Shown piece after piece: positions 41,682-55,849 of a DNA stretch of 64,000 nt. The position numbers and the translations under genes are program-made. The stretch is from Octopus vulgaris. Lineage: Eukaryota. Under the pieces are notes generated by a model. It had not been told where the DNA came from. It did not search any database and worked only from the letters and a program-made list of their open reading frames with translations. The DNA lies in the NCBI GenBank assembly GCA_951406725.2, contig OX597821.1:92690001-92754000 (forward strand), in the 5' to 3' direction. Each line of letters starts with the position of its first letter. Position 1 is the first letter of the stretch.

Positions 41682-43741
41682 CGACTACCGAAAGGCTTTT
41701 GATAGTATTCCCTACACATGGATCCTCGAGACACTAGCCATGAACAAAGTAGCACCAATAATTATAAAATACATAAGATACTCTATGAATCAATGGCAGA
41801 CAGTGCTACAGCTCCAAACAAAAGAGGGACTCGTGAAAACCAAAGCCATTCCCATTAGAAGAGGAATATTCCAGGGAAGCACGCTCTCTCCACTCCTTTT
41901 CTGCTTGGCACTGACACCTGTATCTGACATGCTAAATAGGACTGGATGCGGATACGAATGTTACGGCAAAACAATCAGCCACATTTTATGTATGATTGAC
42001 CTAAAACTATACGCTACAAATGATAAAGAGCTGGAAACACTACTACAGACAGTACATGGATTTACCAAAGAAATAGATATGAAATTTGGATTAGAAAAAT
42101 GTGCCAAAGCAACCCTGAAAAGAGGAAATCTAGTTAAGAGTAGCAACATCACACTAGATAAAGCAAATGAAATAAGAGAATTAGACCAAAGCCAGACATA
42201 CAAATATTTAGGAATCAATGAACTAGATACGATACAACACACACAAATGAAAGAGAAAAGGAAAAAGAATACTATGCACGAGTTAGATCAATACTGAAAA
42301 CAGAGCTCAATGTGAAAAACAAGATAATAGGTATTAACACTTTAGCCGTCCCAGTTATAAGTTACTGCTACAATATCCTTAACTGGACACTAAATGAACT
42401 GACCAAAATAGACAGGAAAACAAGAAAAATAATGACAGGATCTAGGATGCGTCACCCAAAATCTGACATAGAAACGCTATATATACAACGTACAGCAGGT
42501 GGTAGAGGCCTTATACAGCTGGAAAACTATTATAAAATAACCACCAGAGGACTTCAAAAATACCTACTTCAGAAGCAAGGAAAACTAATACAAATAGCCA
42601 CAAAACACGAGCAAAACAAAAAATTGTTCTCAGTATTTAAGGAAGCTGACAAATACAAATAAGAAATCATACTACCTAACAAATATGAAGAAGAAGAAGA
42701 AGAAGAAGAAGAAGAAGAAGAAGAAGAAGAAGAAGAAGAAGAAGAAGAAGAAGAAGAAGAAGAAGAAGAAGGAGGAGGAGGAGGAGGAGGAGGAGGAGAA
42801 GAAGAAGGAGAAGAAAAAGAAACAACAAAAGCTATAAAACAAATGAAATCCAAACTAAAACTAGAACAGCAACGGACCATGATAAGACGGTGGCAAGAAA
42901 AGCCCCTTCATGGCAAATACTGGGCTAAATTAAATGCAGAAGAAATAGACAGAGAAAAATCCCAGCAATAGCTGAGAAGCTCAGGACTCAAAGCAGAAAC
43001 AGAGGGATTTTTAATTGCAGCACAAGACCAAAGCCTCCCCACAAGAAATTACCAAAAGCATATAATGAAAAGAAACATAAGTAACTGCAGAATATGTGGA
43101 GATGGACAAGAAACAATAAATCATATCTCTGGCTGCTCAGTCCTAACTAAGAAGGAATATATTCACAGACACGACAGAGTTGGGACCTACATACACTGGA
43201 AGCTATGCCAACACTATGGAATAACAACAGAAAAAAGATGGTATAGGCACACGCCAGAAAAGGTCACAGAAAACGAGAAAGCAACCATACTCTGGGATAT
43301 GCCAATACACACAGATGGAAAAATTAAAGCTAATAAGCCAGATATAGTTGTCAGAGAACATGAAGAAAAAATGCTTTCTGATTGATTCCAGCAGATGACA
43401 ACGTTTCTCTAAAAGAAATGGAGAAACTTTCAAAATACAAAGACCTGGAAATAGAGGTAACTCGAATGTGGAATCTAAAAACAGAAACAATTCCTATCAT
43501 AGTAGACGCATTAAGTATGATAAAAAAGATATTCAGACAAATACATAACAAAAACACCAGGACTTACAAACGCATATAACATACAGAAAATTGCACTACT
43601 AGGCACTGCACACATCCTTACGCAAAACACTTTCAATACAGTAACCATAAGTTTCAATTACAGCAAACCACAGCACATACCCAATGCACACAGAGCTGCG
43701 CTCGGCAGTGAAGTGAAAGCACGCTAATAAAAATAAAACTA

Positions 43742-43745
<4 letters not shown>
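41681..43745 (+). mobile_element. 5'-truncated R4/Dong-type non-LTR retrotransposon (RT + CCHC + RLE), defective
   Basis: DYRKAFDSIP..RRGIFQGSTLSPLLF..YKYLGI..GGRGL; CRICG..ETINHISGC; RHDRV; KPDIVV; EKLSKYKDL; begins in (ATT)n and ends in (TAA)n; frameshifts. Confidence 0.92.
42687..42814 (+). repeat. (GAA)n(GGA)n tract inside the LINE ORF
   Basis: Seen directly. Confidence 0.95.
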
Positions 43746-43802
<57 letters not shown>

Positions 43803-43929
43803 GTGATGATGATGATAATGATGATGATGATGGTGATAATAGTAATCCATACAGATATACGCATGCGCAAATACATATGTATGTGTGTTGCGATCTTGAT
43901 ATCTATCTATATATATATATATAGAGAGA

Positions 43930-43963
43930 GAGATAGGTAGATAGATAAATAAATAGATAGATT

Positions 43964-44036
<73 letters not shown>

Positions 44037-44169
44037 GTATGTATGTATGTAGGTACGTAGGTAGATAGGTAGGTAGGTAGGTAGGTAGATGGGTAGATAG
44101 ATAGATATATACATACATACATACATACATACATACATACATACATACATACATACATACATACATACA

Positions 44170-44200
<31 letters not shown>
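43930..44200. repeat. (GATA)/(GGTA)/(CATA)n compound microsatellite
   Basis: Seen directly. Confidence 0.95.
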
Positions 44201-44669
44201 GTATACATAAGCAACGGCCTAAACTTTCGTGCCAAAGCACTTGTAAAATTAAGCAGTATTTTGAATTTTCACATGAAATATAGCAAAAAATGAACCTTGA
44301 AGTGTTCTTTCTCAAAAGCCGTTAATTTGTCGCACGTTAAAACTGACTTTTAAAATCCACTCACTGATAAATATATGTAAGAGTGAAATTCTGTTTTTAT
44401 ATACATGTATAATTATACATAATTGTAAATAATTGTATAAAATGGTACATCCTACATAATAGTATAATAGCATACACTCAGAGAAGAATACACAAACATA
44501 CGCTTACAAGCCAGAATACACGCCTGCATGTTCACAAAGACGTTTGCGAACGCATACTTTTAGAAAAATTCACAATTTCCTTAAATATAAACGAATATGT
44601 AAAACCTTTATATATATGTTATTTATATATTATATGTATTATGTATATATTATGTGTGTGTGTGTAGAC

Positions 44670-45075
44670 ACGCAGGAGTGGCTGTGTGGTAAGTAGCTTG
44701 CTTACCAACTACATGGTTCCGGGTTCAGTCCCACTGCGTGGCATCTTGGGCAAGTGTCTTCTACTATAGCTTCGGACTGACCAAAGCCTTGTGAGTGGAT
44801 TTGGTAGACGGAAACTGAAAGAAGCCCGTCGTATATATGTATATATATATATGTGCGCGTGTGTGTGTCTGTGTTTGTCCCCATAGCATTGCTTGACAAC
44901 CGATGCTGGTGTGTTTATGTCCTCCGTAACTTATCGGTTCGGCAAAAGAGACCAATAGAATAAGTACTAGGCTTACAAAGAATAAGTCCTGGGGTCAATG
45001 TGCTCGACTAAAGGCGGTGCTCCAGCATGGCCACAGTCAAATGACTGAAACAAGTAAAAAAGTAAAAGAGTAAAA
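44670..45075 (+). mobile_element. SINE family A, full length
   Basis: Family A head and tail. Confidence 0.92.
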
Positions 45076-45445
45076 GAATATGTAAATGGATAGATAGATA
45101 CATACACACAGTTGTAGAGAATATATTAAAATTGAAGATTAACTTTAACATATAAACATATATACAGAGGTACCCAAGATCATACCCATATATAGATGCG
45201 CATTTGTAGATAGAGACACTCACACATACGCAAACACACACACACACACACACATACACACACAAACATACATACGCACGTGTATCCGTACATGCTTACA
45301 TATATGTGCATATGTATTTACCCGTCATACAAGTATACTTACATTTATGTGTTGTATATTCAGAAGACAATCCTCAATTATGTTATGTCCGACGACATAT
45401 ATACACGCGTATGTATATATATATTGATATTTGCAGTACTATGTA

Positions 45446-45490
<45 letters not shown>

Positions 45491-45520
45491 ATATATTAAA
45501 AATGGGGAAGGCTGGTTTAT

Positions 45521-45581
45521 GGGGTTACTCTAGGTTTCCTGTCCATAAAGGGTTTAGCGTTATGGCGTATCGTCAGATCCC
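45521..45581 (-). ncRNA. Degenerate hammerhead-like motif in an inverted Penelope terminal segment
   Basis: gggau-CUGACGA-uacg-CCAUAA(11 nt)UUAUGG-acag-GAAACCUAGAGU-A-acccc; lies just upstream of, and inverted to, the PLE RT fragment. Confidence 0.45.
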
Positions 45582-45704
45582 GAAAACCTATTGGCCCATG
45601 ACCTCTTAAAAGTATGGAGGGGAAAATGCATCACTACGTAAAAGTAACAGTTGGGGATTATCTCCCTTTGCTAATGGCTATCGACTTCCGGCTACGCCAC
45701 CATC

Positions 45705-45998
45705 TTGCGGGGAGCGAGCGGGTATACATTAGACAGGTTTAGATAAGATTTAATCAGCATCTTACCTCCATGGGATTGAAAATCACCATAGAGACCAACC
45801 TCACAACTGCGGACTGCTTAGACGTCACGCTCGACCTGGGCCCCGGTACATACAGGCCTTACTGCAAACCAAATGAGAGGCTAACATACATCAGCACAGC
45901 CTCCTGCCACCCACCCATTGTGTTCAAAAACCTGCTAAAGGGTGTTAGTAAGAGGATCATGGACCTTTTCTCCAACCAAGAGATTTTCGACGCAGCTA
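45705..45998 (+). mobile_element. Penelope-like element RT/thumb fragment
   Basis: MGLKITIETNLTTADCLDVTLDL..TYRPYCKPNERLTYISTASCHPP..KRI..SNQEIFD. Confidence 0.85.
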
Positions 45999-46150
45999 GG
46001 GAGATCTTCGAACAGCTTCTCCATCTTGGACATCATCTTATGTGTCGTGTTGGAGGCATATCAGTTGGTATATTTCTCAACTGCACCCCACACATAGTAA
46101 CCCATGGGGTTATGATCGGAGGAATGAGGAGGTCAGAAACTGGGGCTAGT

Positions 46151-46403
46151 TGGTAGAACCGTTAGCACGCCGGGCGACATGCGTAGCCGTATTTCGTCTG
46201 CCGCTACGTTCTGAGTTCAAATTCCGCCGAGGTCGACTTTGCCTTTCATCCTTTCGGGGTCGATAAATTAAGTACCAGTTACGTACTGGGGTCGATAAAT
46301 TAAGTACCAGTTACGTACTGGGGTCAATGTAATCGACTTAATCCCCTTGTCTGTTCTTGTTTGTCTCCTGTATGTTTAGCCCCTTGTGGGCAATAAAGAA
46401 ATA
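46151..46403 (+). mobile_element. SINE family B, with TSD
   Basis: 16-bp TSD agaaactggggctagt at 46135-46150 and 46404-46419; internal tandem duplication of about 32 bp. Confidence 0.92.
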
Positions 46404-46706
46404 AGAAACTGGGGCTAGTGAAGTCGTAGACATTCACCGGCAACTACTTCCGAATCATACTGCCACAGATATGGCTTTCCAGCAGCAACCTTCTCCAGCT
46501 AGGAATTGACCCCAGTCTCTCGCAGCCACACGTAGCCATTTGAATTGAGTCTAAGGCCCTGTTCCTCTGTTCCTGCAGTTGTTGGATGAAATCCAGCGTG
46601 CGTACGCAGTCAGAACGCCTGTTGTGTCCTTTGCAGCTGCCCACGGATTCGAAGTCACCGTTGTAGCTATCCATGTTACATCTTATAGCCTTTACTATGT
46701 TCACAA

Positions 46707-47092
46707 TGGAGGCGCAATGGCCCAGTGGTTAGGGCAGCGGACTTGCTGTCATAGGATCGCGGTTTCGATTCCCAGACCGGGCGTTGTGAGTGTTTATTGA
46801 GCGAAAACACCTAAAGCTCCACGAGGCTCCGGCAGGGGATGGTGGTGATCCCTGCTGTACTCTTTCACCACAACTTTCTTTCACTCTTACTTCCTATTTC
46901 TGTTGTACCTGTATTTCAAAGGGCCGGCCTTGTCACTCTCTGTGTCACGCTGAATATCCCCGAGAACTACGTTAAGGGTACACGTGTCTGTGGAGTGCTC
47001 AGCCACTTACACGTTAATTTCACGTGGAGGCTGTTCCGTTGATTCGGATCAACCGGAACCTTCGTCGTTGTAACCGACGGAGTGCTTCCGCC
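46707..47092 (+). mobile_element. SINE family C, with TSD
   Basis: 12-bp TSD actatgttcaca at 46694-46705 and 47093-47104. Confidence 0.9.
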
Positions 47093-47509
47093 ACTATGTT
47101 CACAGATCATTGAGCAGCAGTCATGAAGATGAAATTTTGACAACCTTGTACAAATCATCATGATGCAGGCAACTCTTTTCCAGTATTGATATGTCTTCCA
47201 GTCCTCCATTTTAGCTAACTTCTTCTCAACTACGACGTTAATCGATATCCTCTCCAGCACCTTTAATTGTCCACTAATACATCAAGCGGTTCCTGAAAAA
47301 AAGAGACACAATGTATCCTCGAATTCAGCCCAAACACACTATGTGTGTATGTGTATGTGTGTATGTGTGTGTGTGCGCGCGCATGTGTGAGTGCGTGTGC
47401 ATGTGTGTATGCGCGTATGTGTGTTTGTACCTATATACAATTGAGTGTATATATACATGTTTCCATACAGTAAAGTGTTATATGTACACACATAATGTAT
47501 TTACATCTA

Positions 47510-47990
47510 TGTACACATACACATACACACATACACACATACACTCATACACATACACATATGGACATACACACATACACACATACACACATACACATAC
47601 ACTCATACACATACACATATGGACATATAGACATACACACATACACATACACACATACACACATACACATACACTCATACACATACACATATGGACATAC
47701 ACACATACACACATACACACATACACATACACTCATACACAAACACATATGGACATACACACATACACACATACACATACACACATACACATACACTCAT
47801 ACACATACACACATACACATACACTCATACACATACGGACATACACACATACACACATACACATACACTCATACACATATGGACATACACACATACACAC
47901 ATACACATACACATATGAACATACACACATACACATACACTCATACACATATACATATGAACATACACACATACACATACACACTCATCT
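47510..47990. repeat. CA-rich minisatellite (catatggacatacac... units)
   Basis: Seen directly. Confidence 0.9.
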
Positions 47991-49013
47991 TGTTTGTACG
48001 ATGTATATCCTAAATTTAGCCCTATAACAGCCATTATTCCCAAACGGATTCGTACAAAAAATCACCATCTTTACTGTGGGAATGAATTAAATATTCATCA
48101 GATTAGTTAATTGGAAAGTTATGGTTTGTGCTCTCTTGTACTGTAGATTTGAGAAGAAAACCCCTGGCGGACAAGTCACAAATTGGCGGCAGAAACCAGC
48201 AAATGTAATGCTGGGTTTAGTCTCCCCAGAAGTACAGTCCACAGGTTATTCTGTTAAATCAATTTTCGTCTTGTGGGTAAAAAAAATGAAAACTGTATCC
48301 ATTGTATTTGTGAATAAGGAAGGGTATGCAGGTGTGCGTATGTGTGTGTGAGAGAGAGAGAGAGAGAGATAGAGAGAGAAAGGGAGAGAGAGAAAAAAGT
48401 TGGGGAGAGAGTTAAGTTGCGGAGATGGATATGTGTGGATATGTTATGTTGATTGTAGAAGAAATTAATATTTTTTTTTTTGAGTGCAGCGCCTGATGGC
48501 AAAATAAAGAAAGAAAAGAAGGAGAGGAAAGATGAGGACAAAAGTCAGTCGAGAAACAAAATGAAGGGTAAAGGTATAAGAGGAGGGGCATTTGGGGCCC
48601 ACAAAGAAATCGGAGGAGCGAAGAGAGTAGGTATATAGTATGTGAGCAGTATAAAGTTACTTCAAATGGAGCAAAACGTCAACCCTTCTGCGAGGATGAA
48701 TCCGACTGCTTAGCCAAGGTATACTTTCCTTCATGAAGGCAACGAGGAGACTCTCACTTTTAGATTGCAGTGAATTTTTCAAACGATTGATCACAGTAAA
48801 ACTTGCGTCAATATGCGTATTCTCACTGGCTTTATTTTCTGTGTTAGCCAAATTGTGCATATGCCTTTGCATGTATAAGTGCACAATATTATATTGCAGT
48901 ATATATATATATATAACGGGAAGGTTCACGAAAATAAACAAAAGACGAAGGCAGGTGGAGTACAAACAAACGAATGTATTAGTATGGCGCTCAGGAATAG
49001 AAATAGAACAAGT

Positions 49014-49049
49014 CTTTTACGTTTCGAGCCTACGCTCTTCGACAGAAAG
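49014..49049 (-). ncRNA. Minimal hammerhead-like motif, CUGUCGA core
   Basis: cuuu-CUGUCGA-A-GAGC(guag)GCUC-GAAACGU-A-aaag, in module 48915-49120 between (TA)n tracts. Confidence 0.6.
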
Positions 49050-49114
49050 ATACATCGAAAAAAACAAGGAGAGAAACAAGGGTAGAAAAAAATGCGTGTA
49101 GGAGCTAACGATCT

Positions 49115-49151
<37 letters not shown>

Positions 49152-49289
49152 GTGCAACTATGTATAAATTGCGTTAATTTGAATCCTAAACTGTAATCTT
49201 TATTTTGGGATAAACTTTTCATTTATCCATGTTCGTTTTATGCACCATTCTGAAGCGCATTACTAATTTTTGGTAGCGGTTTTCTTTTA

Positions 49290-50960
49290 ACTCTTTATTC
49301 TTGCTATGTTAGGTGTCCAAATTAAATATAGGAAAAAAGGAATTGGAGTGATTTTATTGTGTGTTCCAAATAGAACGCAGATGAGCGGAACTTCTCTAGA
49401 GTTCAGCAAATCATCCATGCTGGCACCATCAAATATCATGTATAGCTCATCATTAGCTTTAAAAAGTGATCTAGAGGAGAAGAAATTCTTGAAGAAAAGA
49501 AGATTTGTGCTCGAACTGAAAGCCCTGTATCGCAGATGATACCCGGAAGTGACTAAACAGGGCGACAAAATTCCATTTCGTCATGCTTACTCTCCAGTCC
49601 GCTCTCTGACCATATATAACCTTTTCAAGCATCTCGATAATCTTCTGTAAAAGAAAGTCTCTCTCTCACATACATACACACACATCAGCTAAAATACCTT
49701 CCAAGAATTGTTTCATTTCAGATCCGGAACCTACAACAATCAATTGATTCGAAGCTGCCGACAAACTTGGACACAAGTCGGCCTCAATCTCGGACATTTC
49801 CATAAAATCTCAGATAGCTTTGTAAATTTCTCTTGGACCACAATTGATGGTGAGCGTGTTTCAGCTCTGCCTTCCAGCCCTACAGAGATGTAAGGCTGAA
49901 ATACCACAGCCACAAAATCGATTATGACTTGCTGGATAAAGCCTTTCACCGAATTGGCGTCTCATTGAAGCTTGGAATTCGGATCTACAAGCTACACAAT
50001 TATCGCTGCGATTGTTCAATGGACGTTTGCGGACTGTATCTAGTGCCATGTTGTCTCCACGTTGGTTTAGATGCAGCCAGTTTTGTAGCTCAACAATAGT
50101 CGGCAAAGCTTGATCGTAAGGACAGCAAAAGACCTGACTCGATGGCAGCAGAATCTTCCCGTTACGAGGTAGCAAGGTTGAAATCTGTGGTGCGACATAC
50201 GGTGACTCTTTCTCCAATGACAAGATGGTAAAATCGAGATCAAACTCAGGCTTCTTTGTTCGAAAAGCAGAGTACGCTAGCTGATCTCCGATAGGTTTCA
50301 TTTCAAAATCTTTAGCGACACAAAGTCTTTCAGGATGGTATTGAAGTTAAGACAAGGCAGAGTGGAGAACCTTTGAGGTAGTTCAGTTTGCAGGGTCATT
50401 ACTAAAATATGGCGGACTGCTGGGTGCAGAGCTTTAAGGAACAGCGATTTTTAGCACAGTATCTTTCTATGACAAGTGGCAAGAAAAGGATATGAGGATG
50501 CTGTTTCTGGAATGAAATGCGAGCATCAATTGAGGAGGAGTTAAGCAGCAAGGGCATTAAGTTTCAGCAAGAGGGAGTCTGGTTAAGAATGAAGCAAGCG
50601 GTGGTACGCAAAGTCGAATGGTTTATGCTTTGGAAAGTAGAGTCCATCAGAATAAATTCCTCTTTCAGGTTGTCTAGAATGTTCTATTGTGATTGTCCAT
50701 GTGGTTCTGTTGGAGAAAAGTGGAGTCACCAGCTTTTCTTCCGAGGTATTCTGGAACACATCCTTAGTAGTTGAGCTGAGCAAAACCCCTAGACCAAAGG
50801 TGCTACTACTGGATTCATAAACAGGTCCTTAAGGCATAGATGACGCCATCCAGAATGAGATTAATCAATGCAGGTATCTCCCACCAAAGAAGAAGCTAGT
50901 TACTTTTGTTAAGGCCTGCGTGAAGCTGATATCAATTGCGCGGGCCCCCACCTCTGCCTT
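49290..50960 (-). mobile_element. Heavily decayed retroelement coding region, possibly Penelope RT
   Basis: LFKANDELYMIFDGASM resembles PLE F.FNG..Y.Q.DG.AMG; otherwise weak. Confidence 0.3.
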
Positions 50961-51731
50961 GCTAGCTGTTTTTTTTTTTCCTTTTGGTTTATAGGGTCTG
51001 GTAGATGTTTATGTTTCTTTGATGGCCATTCTACTTCCAGAAATAGTAACTACAAGGGTTACACTTTACTGTAACAACAAACAAACTGTGTCGCTCATGT
51101 GTACTGATGATGCTTGATTTTGCGGTTTCATTGTTTAGATGATCTAGGGTTGTGCTTTGATGAAGAAAAACAAAGGTGGCGTGATTCATTTTACGCTGGT
51201 GAAGCTGCCTCTTTTTAAAAACCAATGTGGTGCCTGTAAGGTCCCTAAGAATATTTTTGTTGCCTTATTTTCTTTGTTGTTTTCTCTGTGGTAAATATGA
51301 GGAAGATGAAAGTGTGTAATCATTGGCACTCACATTTTCTACTTGGTATTTTTATGTTTCCGACTGCGATGGCTTAGTTATGCCTTTTTGTTTTGGTGTT
51401 GCTGGTAGGAAGGAATATAGCGCATTTGGCAGATACTAATATTAAGACTGTTATTTTAGAGTCAAGTTTTTAGGTGATTAATGTAGGGCTGAAACAATTG
51501 TGTAGATTTGACTGGAGTCTTCAGATAAACAATAGGATACCATCTTCCTACGAGGTTTTGAGTATGCTTTGAGACAAGAGCAGATTATGCAAGTATAAAA
51601 TAGGGCAAAATGATGGATCTTTAAGGTACACCATTTTATGGAAAATTCACATTCCATTAGTAGGAAATGGAATAAAAATACTTTCCAAATGTGATGTTAA
51701 GCGGCGTGCAGATATGTAATTTCTTTCTCTC

Positions 51732-51788
<57 letters not shown>

Positions 51789-51894
51789 GTGTGCATATAT
51801 ATATATATATGTGTGTGTATATATATATATATATATACACACATACATAGTAAATGAAAGACGGCAGATGGAAGATACGAGAATTTCTATTAAT

Positions 51895-51937
51895 CACTAC
51901 AATTGTTTCGCTACATCTAGCAACGATTCCTCAGGGG
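51895..51937 (-). ncRNA. Type I hammerhead-like motif downstream of a Penelope GIY-YIG ORF
   Basis: ccc-CUGAGGA-auc-GUUGC(uagau)GUAGC-GAAACAAUUGU-A-gug; palindromic stem III ACAAUUGU. Confidence 0.55.
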
Positions 51938-52389
51938 TGGGATACTTAGCTGATTCAGGTGTATCCGGTTGTTCAGATATGTCTCTTCGGGTGATAAATA
52001 GATATAAAATAACAGTTCTGCTATGTATTATCATTTCGTGTAAAGAAAAGCAGCAAATTAAAAGATATAGTTTCATTTGTATAGAAGATCAATAATAAAA
52101 TAGTAGATGCAAAACAGAAACGAACACACAATACAGCGAGAAAAGTATTTAGCTGTTAACGGATATGGATATATAAACACCCTCGCCTAAGTTGTATGGT
52201 GCGTGTACACTCGCTCATACAAGTATCCACGAAGATGTAAGCATACACATACGTGTGGTTCAGCGCACATACGTTCACATAGCGAGTTAAATAGCCACTT
52301 GGTGTTTATAAGAATGGGAGGTTAAAGCTAAACTTAATTCATCCATATCATAAAGTAAGTTATGTTGAAAGTTACTCAAATTCATTCCC

Positions 52390-52795
52390 ACTGTATTGTG
52401 TGAAAGTACATTTATATGCATGTATGCATCTTGAGAGTCTTTCAGAAATTCTATTAATGATTTTTTCATTGGTTCACAGAATAGACAGGGATTTCTCGAA
52501 GCAGAGTCGGCATCTCCTGGAAATGATATTATATAGTTTTGCGTGTCATACTATGTTATACTTAATTTTATATTCTTTCAGTCGCAACACAAAATTCGAT
52601 TAAAAATGTTGAATGTCTCTTATTGATTCTCTTGAAGCTGGCGACATGGTTGTGATAAGGATTCTTGAATGAATCAGCCGTTTGCCCAATGTAAAAATAC
52701 GACCCTCCCCTTGTGTGCACGGTACATTTATATATACGATTTGTACTCATACTGAGGTTCATCAATGGGCATTTTAATTTTTCTCTGCAAGAACA
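52390..52795 (-). mobile_element. Penelope-like GIY-YIG endonuclease remnant
   Basis: IYKCTV...YIGQTADSFK..YHNHVASFK..HST; downstream RCRLCFEK..IINRISE..SRCIH. Confidence 0.85.
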
Positions 52796-52814
52796 TTTAT
52801 TATACTTTGTTTAT

Positions 52815-53200
52815 AGACTCTTTTACTCTTTTACTTGTTTCAGTCATTTGACTGCGGCCATGCTGGAGCACCGCCTTTAGTCGAGCAAATCGACCCCGGG
52901 ACTTATTCTCTGTAAGCCCAGTACTTATTCTATCGGTCTCTTTTGCCGAACCGCTAAGTGATGGGGACGTAAACTCACCAGCATCGGTTGTCAAGCAATG
53001 CTAGGGGGACAAACACACACACACACATATATATATATATACGACAGGCTTCTTTCAGTTTCCGTCTACCAAATCCACTCACAAGGCATTGGTCGGCCCG
53101 GGCTATAGCAGAAGACACATGCCCAAGATGCCACGCAGTGGCTGAACTCGGAACCATGTGGTTGGTTAGCAGTACTTACCACACAGCCACTCCTGCGCCT
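52815..53200 (-). mobile_element. SINE family A
   Basis: Reverse complement of family A. Confidence 0.9.
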
Positions 53201-53271
53201 GGCAGTTCTGACATCATTTTCCGATATTATTACCGTGTTAGCTACATCACAATTATTTCTACTATCACAAT

Positions 53272-53324
<53 letters not shown>

Positions 53325-53446
53325 CTATATATATATCTATATATATATATATATATATATATAATTCAGTCTTTTAGTTTGAGTTATTTAACTCAAGATG
53401 TTCTTTGAAGTGCAACGATTGCGTGTTAATACATATGGTGCTTCAA

Positions 53447-53665
53447 GGCAGCGAGTTGGCAGAATCGTTGGCACGCCAAACAAAATGCTTTGCAATATTT
53501 CGACCATCTTTACGTTCCGAGTTCAAATTCCGCCGAAGTTGATTTTGTCTTTCATCCTTTTAGTATCGATAAAATAAGTACCATTTAAGAACTTGGGTCT
53601 ATGTAATCGACTTCCACCTCCTCCTCCTAAATTGCTAGTCTTGCGCCAAAATTTGAAACCAACAT
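53447..53665 (+). mobile_element. SINE family B (alternative tail)
   Basis: ggcagcgagttggcagaatc...gtcttgcgccaaaatttgaaacc. Confidence 0.8.
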
Positions 53666-54455
53666 ATAAGGTGTTTGAAAAGTTGTTTAGACTGTCTAAA
53701 CAACAAAATGTAATAGCATTGGTATGATATGAAACTGCGGCTTACCACTTGGAAGAGGAAACAGAAAGAGACTAATCTACAGTAACATTTTATGATGGCA
53801 CCATGAAGAATCCGAATAAGTGACAATGACTTCAATAATATGGCAGCATCCTTTAGAAGTCGAAGTCTTATGATTATTTTTGTAAGTTAGATGAAGATTT
53901 GTAAATTAAATACTTCTTTTATTGCTAGTTTCACACTAACTAATATATTGGCACACCTGTGTGTTTGGGGCTGTATAATGAAGTGTGAAAACTGAGTCTT
54001 TGAAATAAGAGAGAGAAAGAAAAAGAAAGAGGTTGGATAAGTGTGGTGGAATAAATTCTTTTAATATCAGAATATGTGTGTGTGTATGTGAATATGTGCG
54101 TATATTCACATATAGACATATAATATACATATATAGTACCTACATATATACATATATATATATGTGTGTGTGTGTGTGTATAAATATATATACACATTGA
54201 TATACATACATATACATATATATACACATATATTCATACATACAAATATATATTTGTATGCATATATAGAAACAAATATATATATATGCATATACATACA
54301 TATATACATAAACATACCTATATACATACATATATATATACACATTCACACATACATACATACGTACATATATATATACTTACAAAGAGAAAGTAAGTAT
54401 ACACATCCACGCTCTCATACCCACATATATATATACATCTATGTATCTGTGTGAT

Positions 54456-54489
<34 letters not shown>

Positions 54490-55073
54490 CGTACTTAAGT
54501 ATGTATGAACTACGTACGTATGTGTATGCGAAATTATACTTCTAAATTTCGAAAGGAAATTAATTAAATTTCCATCAAAATGGTAATTAGTCTAAATGAA
54601 ATGGTTTTGGCAGCAAAATACGTGGAGTGATGTGCGTGGTGTCGAGAAAAAGATAAAGCAAAATGGAGAGCGATAGACAGAGAGAAGGAAGGTGGTGGTG
54701 ATGTAAAGGAAAAGGTTAGAAAAGACAGACAGTGAAGCATTAAAAATATAAATTAATGAATTGCAAAATAAATGAATATATATTTTTCATAAATGGATAA
54801 AAGAAAGATATATTTCCAGATGGATTTTAACTGAATTTATTATCAAATAAATTACATAAATCATGTGAAAATTAGCAAAAATAAAATATTTTATGTGTGT
54901 TATTTTTGTTGTTGCATTTTATTACGAATAATTTTTATCATCTATAATTTTTTTTGATTAGTAATAGTAGTATTATTAAATGTTTTTAATATTATTTTGT
55001 ATTTATACTTTATTAATATTCTAATTTTTAATTCATATTATTATTATTATTATTATTATTATTGTTGTTGTTG

Positions 55074-55107
<34 letters not shown>

Positions 55108-55334
55108 CAACATTATTATCATTATATTGTTGTTGTTTTTCTTCTCAAAATGCTTGATCTTTATTGCTTATATCTACTAATATTAATTGCAATAATATAT
55201 TTAAATAAAAAATTCTATTCAATTTATTATTTAGTTTGTTTCATATGGAGGGTGTCACTGAAGTTGTATCGTTTTATATATACACATATGCATGCATATA
55301 CATATATCGATATATGTATGTGCATGTATATGTA

Positions 55335-55381
<47 letters not shown>

Positions 55382-55502
55382 ATTTTTAAACCATTGCTGG
55401 GTGTTATTTTGTCCTTGGTAGTTTAACTATTATTTATGATAAACCAAGCAAAAACCAAAGAATTTAAATGTCTCTGATTTCTACATTAATTGTTGTACAT
55501 AT

Positions 55503-55569
<67 letters not shown>

Positions 55570-55849
55570 CACACAAAGAGATAAATGGAGACATAAACAG
55601 GGATAGGGGGAGAAAGAGATTTATGCATATATATGTTTATGTGCTTTTCTTTCTCTCCTTCTCTTTCTCATAATCGCTCTCTCACATACTTTCTCTTTCT
55701 CTCTATCAATATGTCCTCATTGTGGGAGATATTTTCAAGGTATTTTTTCGTCGACGTTGTTGATGATTTCAATCTTTATGACTGCCTCCATAAGTCTAAG
55801 ATTAATCAGTCACTAAAACCATAGAGATGATACTTGTTAAAGCTTTAGT

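Larger units (their letters stand above)
45999..47340 (-). mobile_element. Tc1/mariner (maT-like) transposon remnant interrupted by two SINEs
   Basis: KGHNRRSDCVRT..; LEKVAAGKPYLWQ..; F*PPHSSDHNPMGYYVWGAVE, matching WPPNSPDLNPLDYYVWG. Confidence 0.7.

Noticed and set aside
41368-42297. 309-aa ORF as an intact gene
   Set aside because: Chance fusion of a non-coding repeat, (TAA)/(ATT) tracts and a 5'-truncated LINE RT; downstream frameshifts and stops
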